Below, one piece after another: positions 28,266 to 38,351 of a stretch of DNA of 64,000 nt. The notes under the pieces were generated by a model. The model was not told where the DNA came from, made no database searches, and saw only the letters and a program-made list of their open reading frames with translations. Source of the stretch: Clostridia bacterium (GTDB lineage: Bacteria; Bacillota; Clostridia; TANB77; CAG-508); the NCBI GenBank assembly GCA_017939755.1, contig JAGBAJ010000064.1, positions 7,023 to 71,022 of the forward strand, written 5' to 3'. Both the position numbers and the translations under genes were made by a program. Positions within the stretch are counted from its first letter, which is position 1. Each line of letters opens with the position of its first letter.

Positions 28266-29918
28266 ATGAAAGTTACTTTTTTTGGAGCAACTAAGACAGT
28301 AACAGGTTCTAATTTTCTAGTTGAAGGAGCTGGAAAAAAATTTCTAGTAGATTGTGGATTATATCAAGGATCCACTAAAGAGGAAATGAAAAATGGGGAA
28401 CCATTTCCTTATGATGTAAATGAAATTGACTTTATGTTATTAACACATGCACATATTGACCATTCAGGAAGAATTCCCAAATTATACAAAGATGGATATA
28501 GAAATAAAATTTTAGCAACATATGCAACATGTGACTTATGTGCTATTATGCTGCCAGATAGTGGTCATATACAAGAAACAGAAACTGAATGGAAAAATAG
28601 AAAAAGAATACGTAGAGGAGATGAACTTCTTACTCCTATCTATGATGCAGAGACTGCTTTAAAATCACTTGAGCTATTTAAAGGTTTTGCATATGATAAG
28701 ATAATAGAAATCGACGATGATATTCACATAAGATTTAATGATGCTGGACATATGTTAGGCTCAAGTATTATTGAGGTATGGATAAGAGAAGATGGTGTTA
28801 ACAAAAAGATTGTATTTACAGGTGATTTAGGAAACAATGATATTCCATTATTATCTGAGCCTACAATGATTGAAGATGCAGACTTTCTTGTAATGGAATC
28901 AACATATGGAAATAGATTTCATCTTGAAAGTGAAAACAAAGCAGAAAAGTTCATACAGATAGTAACAGATACAATAAAACAAGGTGGAACTGTTGTAATT
29001 CCATCATTTGCTGTAGGAAGAACTCAAGAAATACTATATGAATTAAATAAAATAAAAGAATCAGATAAAGATAGTCCTGATTTTGATGAGAGATTTAAAA
29101 TTTTGATGAATACACCAGTATATGTAGATAGTCCACTTGCAATTTCTGCCACCGAAGTATTTAGAGAGAATATGGAACTATTTGATGAAGAAACTCAAGA
29201 ACTTATACGAAGAGGAGATAATCCACTTGAGTTTCCAGGACTTGAATTTACACAAACAGTTGAAGAGTCAAAGGATTTAAACGAGAGCAATGAATCGTGT
29301 ATTATAATATCTGCTAGCGGTATGTGTGAGGTGGGTCGTATAAAACATCATTTAAAGCATAATTTGTGGGACCCTAAAAATACTATATTATTCGTTGGAT
29401 ATCAAGCAATAGGAACTCTTGGTAGAAAAATAGTTGATGGTGCAAAGTCTGTTAAATTATTTGGTGAAGAGGTTGCTGTTAATGCGAGAATAGAATATAT
29501 AGAGGGATATTCCGGACATGCAGATCAGCAGGGATTATTAAATTTTGTCTATTCTTTTATTAAAAAACCAGAGCATATTTTCCTTGTTCATGGTGAAGAG
29601 GAAGGTCAAAAGATATTAAAAAATAAAATTGTTGAGAGCACAAATTTACCAGTTACAATACCTGACTACGGAGAAACCTATGAATTAACTACAAATGTTA
29701 AGCTTTCTGATGTTTATAAGCAAGATAAAGCTAAACAATATGCAAAACTTGAGGTTATCGATAGAATTGAAACTTTAAAAGAAGAAATTTCTGATATGGA
29801 AAGTATTGTAAAAGAGGATATATTATCAAATATAGCTAATGATATCGAGGTTGAAAGATTAAATGAGAGAATAAAACAACTAGAAAGACAAATATTAGAG
29901 ATTATAATGAATAATTAG
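28266..29918 (+). CDS. MBL-fold beta-CASP RNA-metabolising hydrolase
   Basis: Metallo-beta-lactamase motif HAHIDHSG, beta-CASP-type motifs (ESTYG, the GYSGHAD region) and a C-terminal coiled-coil tail. Confidence 0.88.
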   Translation: MKVTFFGATKTVTGSNFLVEGAGKKFLVDCGLYQGSTKEEMKNGEPFPYDVNEIDFMLLTHAHIDHSGRIPKLYKDGYRNKILATYATCDLCAIMLPDSGHIQETETEWKNRKRIRRGDELLTPIYDAETALKSLELFKGFAYDKIIEIDDDIHIRFNDAGHMLGSSIIEVWIREDGVNKKIVFTGDLGNNDIPLLSEPTMIEDADFLVMESTYGNRFHLESENKAEKFIQIVTDTIKQGGTVVIPSFAVGRTQEILYELNKIKESDKDSPDFDERFKILMNTPVYVDSPLAISATEVFRENMELFDEETQELIRRGDNPLEFPGLEFTQTVEESKDLNESNESCIIISASGMCEVGRIKHHLKHNLWDPKNTILFVGYQAIGTLGRKIVDGAKSVKLFGEEVAVNARIEYIEGYSGHADQQGLLNFVYSFIKKPEHIFLVHGEEEGQKILKNKIVESTNLPVTIPDYGETYELTTNVKLSDVYKQDKAKQYAKLEVIDRIETLKEEISDMESIVKEDILSNIANDIEVERLNERIKQLERQILEIIMNN

Positions 29919-30135
29919 TTATAATTTACAGCAAGTAAAAATTTATCATGATCTCAAGATATTATATCAATTTATAATGTGAAGTTAAGGTGGGGACCAA
30001 CAAGGTAGAATAAGTAAATGTTGCAAGCGTTCAGCGAAGCAACAAGTATTTATTCTACGCAGTTGGGGCGAAACTTATAAATTGATATAATATCTTGAAA
30101 TCCGTATATATTGCTATTTGACTGTGGACTATAAC
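29918..30135. mobile_element. MITE family A, long copy A3 (inverted relative to A2, degenerate ends)
   Basis: The core is the reverse complement of the A2 core, roughly 85-90% identical by eye. The TIRs are degenerate (gttataatttacagc / actgtggactataac). It overlaps the stop codon of the beta-CASP gene by 1 nt. Confidence 0.75.
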
Positions 30136-30164
30136 AAATTTTATATTTCGGAAAGGATTTTTAT

Positions 30165-32111
30165 ATGGATAAATATTCAAATAAAGCAATCATAGGAAAT
30201 AAAAATATAGTAGCAAGTTTTAATGAAAATGGATGGCTTACAAGGTTTTGCTACCCATATGTAGATGGTAGGCAATTTGTGGATTACTTCAATGTAGGAA
30301 TTAAAATAAATGATTCTAACATTATATATATACATGATGATATTAATAATTCATATAATCAAAGATATATAGAAAATACAAATATTCTTTTAACTGAAAT
30401 AAAAAATGCTTATTTTAATATAGCCATAGAGCAAACAGACTATGTCTTAATAGAAAAAAATATATTGGTAAGAAAATATGTTTTTGAAAATAAAAATTCT
30501 ATAGATCTAGACACGAAGTTTATAGTAAATAGTAAAATACTTTCAAATAGTTTAGAAAATTATGGAAGTAAAATTATTGAAAATGGAATTATACAATATA
30601 ATCATAATTATGCCCTTTCTATATTTTCTAAGGAGCATCTTATAGGATATAAATTAAATGATGTAGCAAGTCAAATTCAAGGGGCAGTACTAAAAGATAA
30701 AGATTATATAGGTATGTCAAACGAAGCTGCAATTTCTTATAATATAGGAAAAATTGAGCCTGGTGAAAAGCAAACATTTTTCTTATATGTATATATTGAT
30801 GAGAATTCTTGTGGCATTGAAGATAAAATATTAAGTTACTTGAGATTAGACGATGAAATAGAGCTTGAAGGTGTAAAAAAATATTGGAGAGCATACTTAA
30901 ATAATCATGTATCAATAAAGTTGCCAAATGACGCAAATGAATACAACAAAAAAATTATGGAGATATATAACAGAACAATTCTATTGTATCCATTATTAAT
31001 AAATTATGATTATGGTGGAATTGCGGCAGCTTTAGAGGTTGATGACGAAAGAAACAGAAGCGGTGGCTATAGATATTGTTGGACGAGAGATGCCATATTT
31101 ATAACAAAAGCTTTTGACTTATTAAAAATGGAAAAAGATTCAGAGTTGTTCTACAATAAATTTTGTAAGAGCACACAAAGTAAAAATGGAATGTGGGAGC
31201 AAAGGTTTTATTCAGATGGAAGATTAGCACCATGTTGGGGTTATCAGGTTGACGAAACTTCAAGTGTTATATATGGAATATATAATCATTATAAGCATAC
31301 TAAAGACAAGGAGTTTTTAGAAAAAAATCTTAAAATGTGCGAAAATGCTACTAAATTTTTATTAGAATATGTCCAAAATATACTTGAATTAGATGAAAGC
31401 GATTTAGTAAAAAAGGAGCTCCAGGAGAAATACAAGAAGGTATTTAATCCAGCTAAACATGAAAGCTATGATTTGTGGGAGATGAACGAAGGTGTACATT
31501 TATATTCACTTTCAAGCATAATTGCGGCATTTAGATCAATGATAAGTATATATAAATTATTAGATGACGAAAATGAGAAAAATGCACGTTTAAAAAGAGA
31601 AAAAAGGAATAAGCTAGCCCAAAAACTTAATAAATATAATTTAATGTTAGAAGGATTTATTCGCTCTAATTTTATTGATGAAAAAACGAAAATCCTAAAA
31701 AGAAATTTAAAAGATGAACAAATGGATATTAGTGTTATTGGATCGGTATATCCATTCGAGATATTTGATATAAATGAAGAAACTATAAAAAACACAGTTG
31801 AAAAGATAAATATGACCCTAAAAACATATAAAGATGGGTATTTAAGATTTGAAGGGGATTCCTACATGAATGGTGATAAGCCATGGACTATAACAACATT
31901 ATGGATGGCTCTTTATTATCTAAAAAATAATGATAAAAGTCAAGCAGAGAAATGTTTTAAGTATGTAGTAAATACTGCCTCAAAGCATGGCTTTTTATCA
32001 GAGCAAGTAAGTAATGATGACCCTAATTTTCAATGGGTAATTGGTCTTGGTTGGGCTCATGCAATGTTTATTATAGTATTAGATGAGTTGCTGAAACAAA
32101 ACAAGGAATAG
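30165..32111 (+). CDS. glycoside hydrolase family 15 (glucoamylase-like)
   Basis: 648-aa ORF whose (alpha/alpha)6-type catalytic region contains YRYCWTRDA and YDLWEMNEG motifs typical of GH15. Confidence 0.8.
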   Translation: MDKYSNKAIIGNKNIVASFNENGWLTRFCYPYVDGRQFVDYFNVGIKINDSNIIYIHDDINNSYNQRYIENTNILLTEIKNAYFNIAIEQTDYVLIEKNILVRKYVFENKNSIDLDTKFIVNSKILSNSLENYGSKIIENGIIQYNHNYALSIFSKEHLIGYKLNDVASQIQGAVLKDKDYIGMSNEAAISYNIGKIEPGEKQTFFLYVYIDENSCGIEDKILSYLRLDDEIELEGVKKYWRAYLNNHVSIKLPNDANEYNKKIMEIYNRTILLYPLLINYDYGGIAAALEVDDERNRSGGYRYCWTRDAIFITKAFDLLKMEKDSELFYNKFCKSTQSKNGMWEQRFYSDGRLAPCWGYQVDETSSVIYGIYNHYKHTKDKEFLEKNLKMCENATKFLLEYVQNILELDESDLVKKELQEKYKKVFNPAKHESYDLWEMNEGVHLYSLSSIIAAFRSMISIYKLLDDENEKNARLKREKRNKLAQKLNKYNLMLEGFIRSNFIDEKTKILKRNLKDEQMDISVIGSVYPFEIFDINEETIKNTVEKINMTLKTYKDGYLRFEGDSYMNGDKPWTITTLWMALYYLKNNDKSQAEKCFKYVVNTASKHGFLSEQVSNDDPNFQWVIGLGWAHAMFIIVLDELLKQNKE

Positions 32112-32121
32112 GATGATATAA

Positions 32122-33489
32122 ATGGCTAAAGCAAAAACAATATTTATGTGTAATAATTGTGGATATGAATCAGCAAAATGGCTGGGAAAATGTCCAGCAT
32201 GTAACGAATGGAATAGTTTGGTAGAAGAAAAAATACAAAAGACAAATGATTTAATAATTGATAGGGACGAAAATAAAAAAGCAAATAAACCTATGTCCTT
32301 AAATTCTGTAATTGGAAAAGAAAGTTTTAGGACTTCTACAGGATTTGAAGAGCTTGATAGAGTTTTAGGTGGTGGAATTGTAAAAGGCTCACTTATATTG
32401 GTTGGAGGAGAGCCTGGTATAGGCAAATCTACTCTGATTTTACAATTGTGTGATAAAATTAATGGCAATGGAAAGGTTTTATATGTATCTGGAGAAGAAT
32501 CTGCAGAGCAAATAAAACTAAGAGCGGATAGATTAAATATAAATAATGATGATATTATGTTTTTAGCGGAGACAGATATAGATGTTATACAAGCAAGTAT
32601 AATAGAGCTTAATCCTAAATTGGTAATTATTGACTCAATTCAAACTATGTATTCTGATGAGATAACATCTGCTGCAGGAACTGTTAGTCAAGTAAGAGAG
32701 ATAACAGCAAGAATAATGAAATTATGTAAGTGTAACAATATAACAACTATAATAATTGGACATGTTACAAAAGAAGGAAATATCGCAGGTCCTAGAGTTT
32801 TAGAGCACATGGTAGATACTGTATTATATCTAGAAGGAGAGCGATACTTTTCATACAGAATATTAAGAAGTGTAAAAAATAGGTTTGGATCAACCAATGA
32901 AGTTGGTATGTTTGAAATGGTAAATGAAGGTATGGTAGAAATATCAAATCCATCAACTATTTTAATTTCTGAAAGGGACGATAACCCGCCAGGGTCAACT
33001 ATAATTGCAACAATGGAAGGAACCAGACCATTACTTATTGAACTACAAGCATTAACGAGTACAACTGTTTTTGGACTTCCACGTAGAACTGCAAATGGAT
33101 TTGATTATAATAGACTTACTTTATTAATGGCTGTGCTTGAAAAAAAAGCAAACATGAATTTGTCGAACCAAGATATATATTTAAATGTTGTAAGTGGAAT
33201 AAAAGTTTCTGAACCAGCTTGTGATTTAGGTGTAATTTTATCAGTTGCATCTAGTTATAAAAATTTAAGTATACCAAAAGATTTAGTTGCAATAGGAGAG
33301 GTAGGTTTAACAGGAGAAGTAAGAAGTGTCAATTTTATAGAAAAAAGGATAAAAGAAGTCGAAAAATTGGGATTTAAGACGTGCATTATTCCAGAAAGTA
33401 ATAAAAAACTATTGAAAGAAAAATTCAAATTAGATATAATAGGCGTGAAAAATATTAATGAAGCGATGCAAACATTAAAAATAAAATAA
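32122..33489 (+). CDS. radA: DNA repair protein RadA/Sms
   Basis: Zinc finger CNNCGYESAKWLGKCPACNEW, Walker A GEPGIGKST, the KNRFG motif (VKNRFGST) and a Lon-protease-like C-terminus. Confidence 0.96.
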   Translation: MAKAKTIFMCNNCGYESAKWLGKCPACNEWNSLVEEKIQKTNDLIIDRDENKKANKPMSLNSVIGKESFRTSTGFEELDRVLGGGIVKGSLILVGGEPGIGKSTLILQLCDKINGNGKVLYVSGEESAEQIKLRADRLNINNDDIMFLAETDIDVIQASIIELNPKLVIIDSIQTMYSDEITSAAGTVSQVREITARIMKLCKCNNITTIIIGHVTKEGNIAGPRVLEHMVDTVLYLEGERYFSYRILRSVKNRFGSTNEVGMFEMVNEGMVEISNPSTILISERDDNPPGSTIIATMEGTRPLLIELQALTSTTVFGLPRRTANGFDYNRLTLLMAVLEKKANMNLSNQDIYLNVVSGIKVSEPACDLGVILSVASSYKNLSIPKDLVAIGEVGLTGEVRSVNFIEKRIKEVEKLGFKTCIIPESNKKLLKEKFKLDIIGVKNINEAMQTLKIK

Positions 33490-33513
33490 GGTTTACATAG
33501 GGGTGATTAATAA

Positions 33514-34590
33514 TTGAACCAGAGCAGAGATGAAATTATAACCGAAATATTAAAATTAATTGCGCCAGGAACAAAAATAAGAGAAGGTTTAGAAAATATT
33601 TTAAAAGCTAAAACCGGTGGCTTAATTGTAATTGGTGACACTAAAGAGGTTTTGGAAATAGTTGATGGCGGATTTAATTTAAATGTAGATTATACTTCAT
33701 CTAGACTATACGAATTAGCTAAGATGGATGGTGCAATAGTTTTAAGTGAAGACTTAAAAAAAATTCTATATGCAAATGCACAATTAATACCATCACCTAG
33801 TATTAGCACAAACGAAACTGGAACAAGGCATAGAACAGCAGAGCGTACAGCCAAGCAAACCGGAAAAATTGTAATAAGTGTATCACAAAGAAGAAATGTT
33901 ATTACAATTTTTAAAGGTGAACTTAGATATGTATTGCAAGATAGCTCAAGAGTTATAACTAAAGCAAATCAAGCATTACAAACTGCAGAAAAATATAAAA
34001 AAGTTTTTGATGATAAATTAAATCTATTGAATGAATATGAATTTAATGATATAGTAACTTTACAAAATGTAATTGTCTGCATTCAAAGAGCAGAAATGGT
34101 ATTGAAGGTTGTCGATGAAGTAAAAATGGCTATTTATGAGCTAGGAGAGCAAGGTAGACTATTCCAAATGCAATTAGAAGAACTGCTTGGAAACATTGAG
34201 GAAGAAGAAAGCCTAATAATAAAAGATTATCTAGTTTATAAAAGAAAGAAAACAGTTGAAAAGGCATTAGACCAGATAAGAAGCATGGATCATGAGGAAC
34301 TTATGAATTCGCAGCTTATGGCAAAGGTGTTAGGATATGATGATTTTGACAATTCAGAGGAAGTAAATGTATTTACAAGAGGATATAGAATACTAAATAA
34401 AATACCAAGAATGCCAAGCAATATTGTAGAAAATTTAGTATCGTCATTCAAATCATTCCAATATATTATTCAAGCAGATATACCAGCTCTTGATGACGTA
34501 GAAGGAATTGGAGAAATAAGGGCAAAAGCTATAAAACGTTCATTAAAAAGAATGCAAGAGCAGTTTATATTTGATAATTTAAGTTTGTAA
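33514..34590 (+). CDS. disA: DNA integrity scanning protein DisA (diadenylate cyclase)
   Basis: DAC-domain motifs DGAIVLS and GTRHRTAER plus a C-terminal HhH (GIGEIRAKAIK). TTG start; lies downstream of radA. Confidence 0.95.
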   Translation: MNQSRDEIITEILKLIAPGTKIREGLENILKAKTGGLIVIGDTKEVLEIVDGGFNLNVDYTSSRLYELAKMDGAIVLSEDLKKILYANAQLIPSPSISTNETGTRHRTAERTAKQTGKIVISVSQRRNVITIFKGELRYVLQDSSRVITKANQALQTAEKYKKVFDDKLNLLNEYEFNDIVTLQNVIVCIQRAEMVLKVVDEVKMAIYELGEQGRLFQMQLEELLGNIEEEESLIIKDYLVYKRKKTVEKALDQIRSMDHEELMNSQLMAKVLGYDDFDNSEEVNVFTRGYRILNKIPRMPSNIVENLVSSFKSFQYIIQADIPALDDVEGIGEIRAKAIKRSLKRMQEQFIFDNLSL

Positions 34591-34625
34591 TAAAATACAA
34601 ATAAAAACGAAAGGAAGAAATGTAG

Positions 34626-35702
34626 ATGAAGGACAAAAGCAAAATAGTTTTAATAGTAGTAATACTAGCAGTTGTAGCGGTAATTGCATATATTTGTTAT
34701 GGAATTACAAAAGGTAAGAAGAATCCAATAGTAAGTATGGAAGTTTCTTATATTGATGCAGATGGAAATGAAAAAAATGGAATTGTAAAAATTGAATTAT
34801 ATCCAGATGTAGCTCCACAATCAGTTGCAAACTTTATAGCACTTTCAAACAATGGTTATTATGATGGATTAACATTCCACAGAATCGAAGACTTTGTTAT
34901 ACAAGGTGGAGATAAAGAAGGAACTGGTTCAGGTTCAGGAATGTATAGTGATCTAATAGAAACTTATACTATCACTAATATTGAAAATAAAAATGTAAAA
35001 TGCAAAAACACAACAACAGGTGAAGAAAAAGAATTTAAAAAGTCAGAGTTACCAAAAGATATAGAAGTTGGAAAAATGATTTGGAATATCGATGGCAAAT
35101 TTCAAACAAATGTAAACGATTATAGATATGGTATAAAGGGAGAGTTCTCTGCAAATGGTGTAAATAACTCATTGAAATTTGAAAAAGGCGTTATAGGTAT
35201 GGCTAGATCAGATTATAGTTCATATGGTATGACAGAAGAAGGATATAACTCAGCAAGTACACAATTTTTTATAGTAAATACAGATGACAAATCTGCTTCT
35301 AATAGTCTAAACCAAAACTATGCTCCTTTTGGAAAAGTAATTGAAGGTTATGAATATATCGAGGAAATAACAAAGCTATACGTTGATAAATCAAAAGAAA
35401 ATACAGACAATACAGACCAAGTAAATTCAGAAAACAATACAGAAAAAACAGATGACAAAAATAACGCTGAACAGACTGAAAATAGTGAATCCGCAGAAAA
35501 TACAGAAGAAAAAAATGTTCCAAAAATGAAAAGTATAAGAGTTGAAACTTTTGGTGCAGATTATGAAGTTCCAGAGATTATTAATGTTGAGTCAACAATT
35601 TCAACAATTAACCAATATCAAGCAACATATCAACAATTATTACAACAACAATCACAAAATAGTTCAAATGCAACAACAGGTTCAGAAGAAACAGCAGAAT
35701 AA
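34626..35702 (+). CDS. cyclophilin-type peptidyl-prolyl isomerase, membrane anchored, with low-complexity C-terminal tail
   Basis: N-terminal TM and cyclophilin motifs (ELYPDVAPQSVANF...YYDGLTFHRIEDFVIQGGD, STQFFIV). An ~80-aa insertion is present and the tail is N/E/Q-rich. Confidence 0.85.
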   Translation: MKDKSKIVLIVVILAVVAVIAYICYGITKGKKNPIVSMEVSYIDADGNEKNGIVKIELYPDVAPQSVANFIALSNNGYYDGLTFHRIEDFVIQGGDKEGTGSGSGMYSDLIETYTITNIENKNVKCKNTTTGEEKEFKKSELPKDIEVGKMIWNIDGKFQTNVNDYRYGIKGEFSANGVNNSLKFEKGVIGMARSDYSSYGMTEEGYNSASTQFFIVNTDDKSASNSLNQNYAPFGKVIEGYEYIEEITKLYVDKSKENTDNTDQVNSENNTEKTDDKNNAEQTENSESAENTEEKNVPKMKSIRVETFGADYEVPEIINVESTISTINQYQATYQQLLQQQSQNSSNATTGSEETAE

Positions 35703-35712
35703 TATAAATGAA

Positions 35713-35745
35713 AGAAGCCACTGACAATGTCAGCGGCTTCTTTTT
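35713..35745 (+). terminator. rho-independent terminator
   Basis: gaagccactgac / gtcagcggcttc stem followed by TTTTT. Confidence 0.85.
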
Positions 35746-35926
35746 AAAGAGGTATATCGAATACAATGAAGAAATCAATATATACGAGGTCGCAAATAGA
35801 CCAAATACTCACAAAATATGTGAGTATTATACAATAAAAGATTTTATTTGTAAATAAAAAGATTTAATTTGTAAATAGTGAAAAAAAGTGCTATAATTTC
35901 AATAATTTGTATAAGGGGAAATGTAT

Positions 35927-36116
35927 ATGGGAACAAATAAAAAAGAAATTATAAAAGTAAAGTTTGAACGGAAAAAATTATATATTGTATAGTGATAAAT
36001 CAATCTGTGATGAAAAATCAGGAAGGTTTTTAGATGATACAAAGATTGAAGAAAAAACAATTATTGATAAAGTACGACAACAATTTTTTAATGGAGAGTC
36101 TGACTTAATTCAATAA
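35927..36116 (+). pseudogene. small hypothetical gene split by a +1 frameshift
   Basis: An extended -10 (TGcTATAAT, 35888-35897) and SD aagggga precede MGTNKKEIIKVKFERKKLYIV-stop. The +1 frame continues NGKNYILYSDKSICDEKSGRFLDD...ESDLIQ-stop at 36116. Confidence 0.45.
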
Positions 36117-36148
36117 GTATATAAAATAGAAAGTCTATAGAGGAATAT

Positions 36149-37093
36149 ATGAAAAGAAATTGCAAAAAAAATTTTATATTAAGAAAAAAAATTTCTAAAG
36201 AACTTGAAAACATGGACATTGATAGTATATACAAGGATATAATTGTTGAAACATTGCTAAGAAGAGCAAAGCAATACAGGTTTTCGAATAGAAGAATTAA
36301 TCTAGATATTACGAATTTAAAAGCTAATTTAAGAAAAATTACAATAGTTAAAGGAGACATAAAAGACCATGAACTATCACTTGCAGTTTATGACACTAAT
36401 GAGAAGGAAATTTTAATATCTACAAAATGTTTTGAGGAAAATCCAGAAGTAGTGTTTGGAATAATATGTCACGAGTTGTATCATGTACTATATAGAAATA
36501 AGAAAGGTATTGGTAGTTTTGATAAAAAGAATGAATTATTAATTGGCTACTCAGAAGTGTATGAGGAGCTTTTTGTAGAAAAGGCTTCATATAGGACAGT
36601 TAATAAAACCAATAGATCGTATAGAGGTTTTAACAAGAATTCTTTTGGTTATGATGATATAACATTTATTTTGGATATGATAGAAGCTACATATGGTGTA
36701 AATGAGCAGGAGCTGTTATCTAATGCAATTGAAGGTAGAACGGCTTTAACAAAGTTCTTAGCTTCTAGGGGAAATGAATCCTACAATGATGCAGAAAAAT
36801 TTTTAGAAGAGCTTGAAGTGGGTGCAGCGTTATTATTTTCTACTACATATCCAAAGAGCCATCAAGCGAGAAGTACAATTGATGATGAATATAATATAAG
36901 AAATTCATTAGAGGCATTATACAATTGTTGTACAGATAAAATATTATGTAGATTGGAGCTATATCGTAATAAATCATATAGAGAGGCTGTAGAAATGAAA
37001 AACGAAATTGCATGTTGTGCGACTAGATTGAAAAATATATTATCAGACAGAATCGTTTTTTTGAGAAGTATGATAGATATAATTTATATATAG
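36149..37093 (+). CDS. hypothetical HExxH (zincin-like) protein, N-terminal part
   Basis: 314-aa ORF with ICHELYHVLY plus a downstream Glu (YEELFVEKA). It probably continues into 37141-37608 (see finding). Confidence 0.7.
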   Translation: MKRNCKKNFILRKKISKELENMDIDSIYKDIIVETLLRRAKQYRFSNRRINLDITNLKANLRKITIVKGDIKDHELSLAVYDTNEKEILISTKCFEENPEVVFGIICHELYHVLYRNKKGIGSFDKKNELLIGYSEVYEELFVEKASYRTVNKTNRSYRGFNKNSFGYDDITFILDMIEATYGVNEQELLSNAIEGRTALTKFLASRGNESYNDAEKFLEELEVGAALLFSTTYPKSHQARSTIDDEYNIRNSLEALYNCCTDKILCRLELYRNKSYREAVEMKNEIACCATRLKNILSDRIVFLRSMIDIIYI

Positions 37094-37140
37094 ATGTAAA
37101 ACGAAATGTTTCGTTCCTATCAGATGAACTGACACAAAGA

Positions 37141-37608
37141 TTGAGTGATATTGAACAAATTATCAATGAAATAAGTGAGGATAATGAGAAGTTAATGTTG
37201 AGTCTAATAGAAAATGCTCAATATGGCGACTTTACAGATGAGAGTTTTATGTCCAAGGTTGGTATAACTAGAAGAGAAAAACCATGTTTTAATAGTTCAA
37301 GGCAATATGAGAAAAAGAAATCAGAGCTTAAATGGTATTGTTCAGAATGGGATAATAATAATGTTTCTCTTATGATTATTAATCTCATAAAAAAATGGAA
37401 ACTGAAGGAAAAGGCAATTAACGACGAGAACAAAAATCCCAGAGAAGCTAGATATATTGTAACCAGAGGGGACAATCCTATTATGACTTGTGTAATGACA
37501 TCGAAAGAGAAAAAAGATTACAAAGAAAGATTAAAATTATTAAAGATGAAATCTTATACAGATTCAACTTTGAAAGAAGAGACAGAGCAGCATCCAGATA
37601 GAGAATAA
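37141..37608 (+). CDS. hypothetical protein, likely the C-terminal part of the preceding HExxH gene
   Basis: TTG start with no SD. The same frame is open back to 37027 and overlaps the end of the upstream ORF across a T7 run at 37056-37062. Confidence 0.5.
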   Translation: MSDIEQIINEISEDNEKLMLSLIENAQYGDFTDESFMSKVGITRREKPCFNSSRQYEKKKSELKWYCSEWDNNNVSLMIINLIKKWKLKEKAINDENKNPREARYIVTRGDNPIMTCVMTSKEKKDYKERLKLLKMKSYTDSTLKEETEQHPDRE

Positions 37609-37653
37609 AATAGAAGATAGATACACAAAAATATTATATAAATTTAGCTCTAA

Positions 37654-37690
37654 ATAAATCGGGAAATTTTTGATTTCCCGATTTATTTGT
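37654..37690 (+). terminator. rho-independent terminator
   Basis: aaatcgggaaat / atttcccgattt stem followed by a T-rich tail. Confidence 0.8.
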
Positions 37691-37774
37691 ATTATAGGAA
37701 TAAATGTTTGACTTTTTCATAAATATGCAGTATACTAGTATACAATATTGGTGTAGTAGTGTAGGAGGTGAAAT

Positions 37775-38350
37775 ATGAAAGAAGAGCAAATAGTTAAGGC
37801 TGCTAAAAAGTTAATTTCAAAATATGGATATAAAAAGGTATCTATGGACGAAATTGCTGAAGAGGCAAAAGTTACAAAAAAAACAGTGTACTCATATTTT
37901 TCAAGTAAAGAAGAATTACTGAAAGTATTAATAAAAGAAGAATTAGAAAAAATGAGGAAAGATATCGATGAAATACAAAATGGAGATGGCGAATTTTTTG
38001 AAAATGTTCATAATGGAATATACAGCTTACTAAAATTTAGGAAGAAAAGCAATTTGTTTAAAATTCTTTTTGAAGAAGCGGAAGTAGTAAAGAATAACCG
38101 TCTTAAAGAAATTATAAAAGTAATTGAAGAGGATATAATGAACTACATAAAAAGTTTGTTAGAAAAGGCAAAAATCCAAGGAAAAATAGAAGTAGACAAT
38201 ATAGAAATCATGTCCTTTTTGATATACAAAATGTATATAGCACTAATGATTGAATGGAACGATTCATACAAAAAACTAGACGAGAAAGAAATTGCAGATA
38301 ATATTTTACAAGTATTAGAGCATGGTTTAAAAAGAAAGGAAGTAGAATAA
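37775..38350 (+). CDS. TetR/AcrR family transcriptional regulator
   Basis: N-terminal HTH (GYKKVSMDEIAEEAKVTKKTVYSYFSSKEEL). 191 aa, coupled to the next gene. Confidence 0.9.
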   Translation: MKEEQIVKAAKKLISKYGYKKVSMDEIAEEAKVTKKTVYSYFSSKEELLKVLIKEELEKMRKDIDEIQNGDGEFFENVHNGIYSLLKFRKKSNLFKILFEEAEVVKNNRLKEIIKVIEEDIMNYIKSLLEKAKIQGKIEVDNIEIMSFLIYKMYIALMIEWNDSYKKLDEKEIADNILQVLEHGLKRKEVE

Positions 38351-38351
38351 A

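Noticed and set aside
35542-35724. 60-aa Q/N-rich ORF overlapping the 3' end of the cyclophilin gene in another frame.
   Set aside because: It is an alternative-frame translation of the low-complexity tail of a well-supported gene, with no independent start signals.
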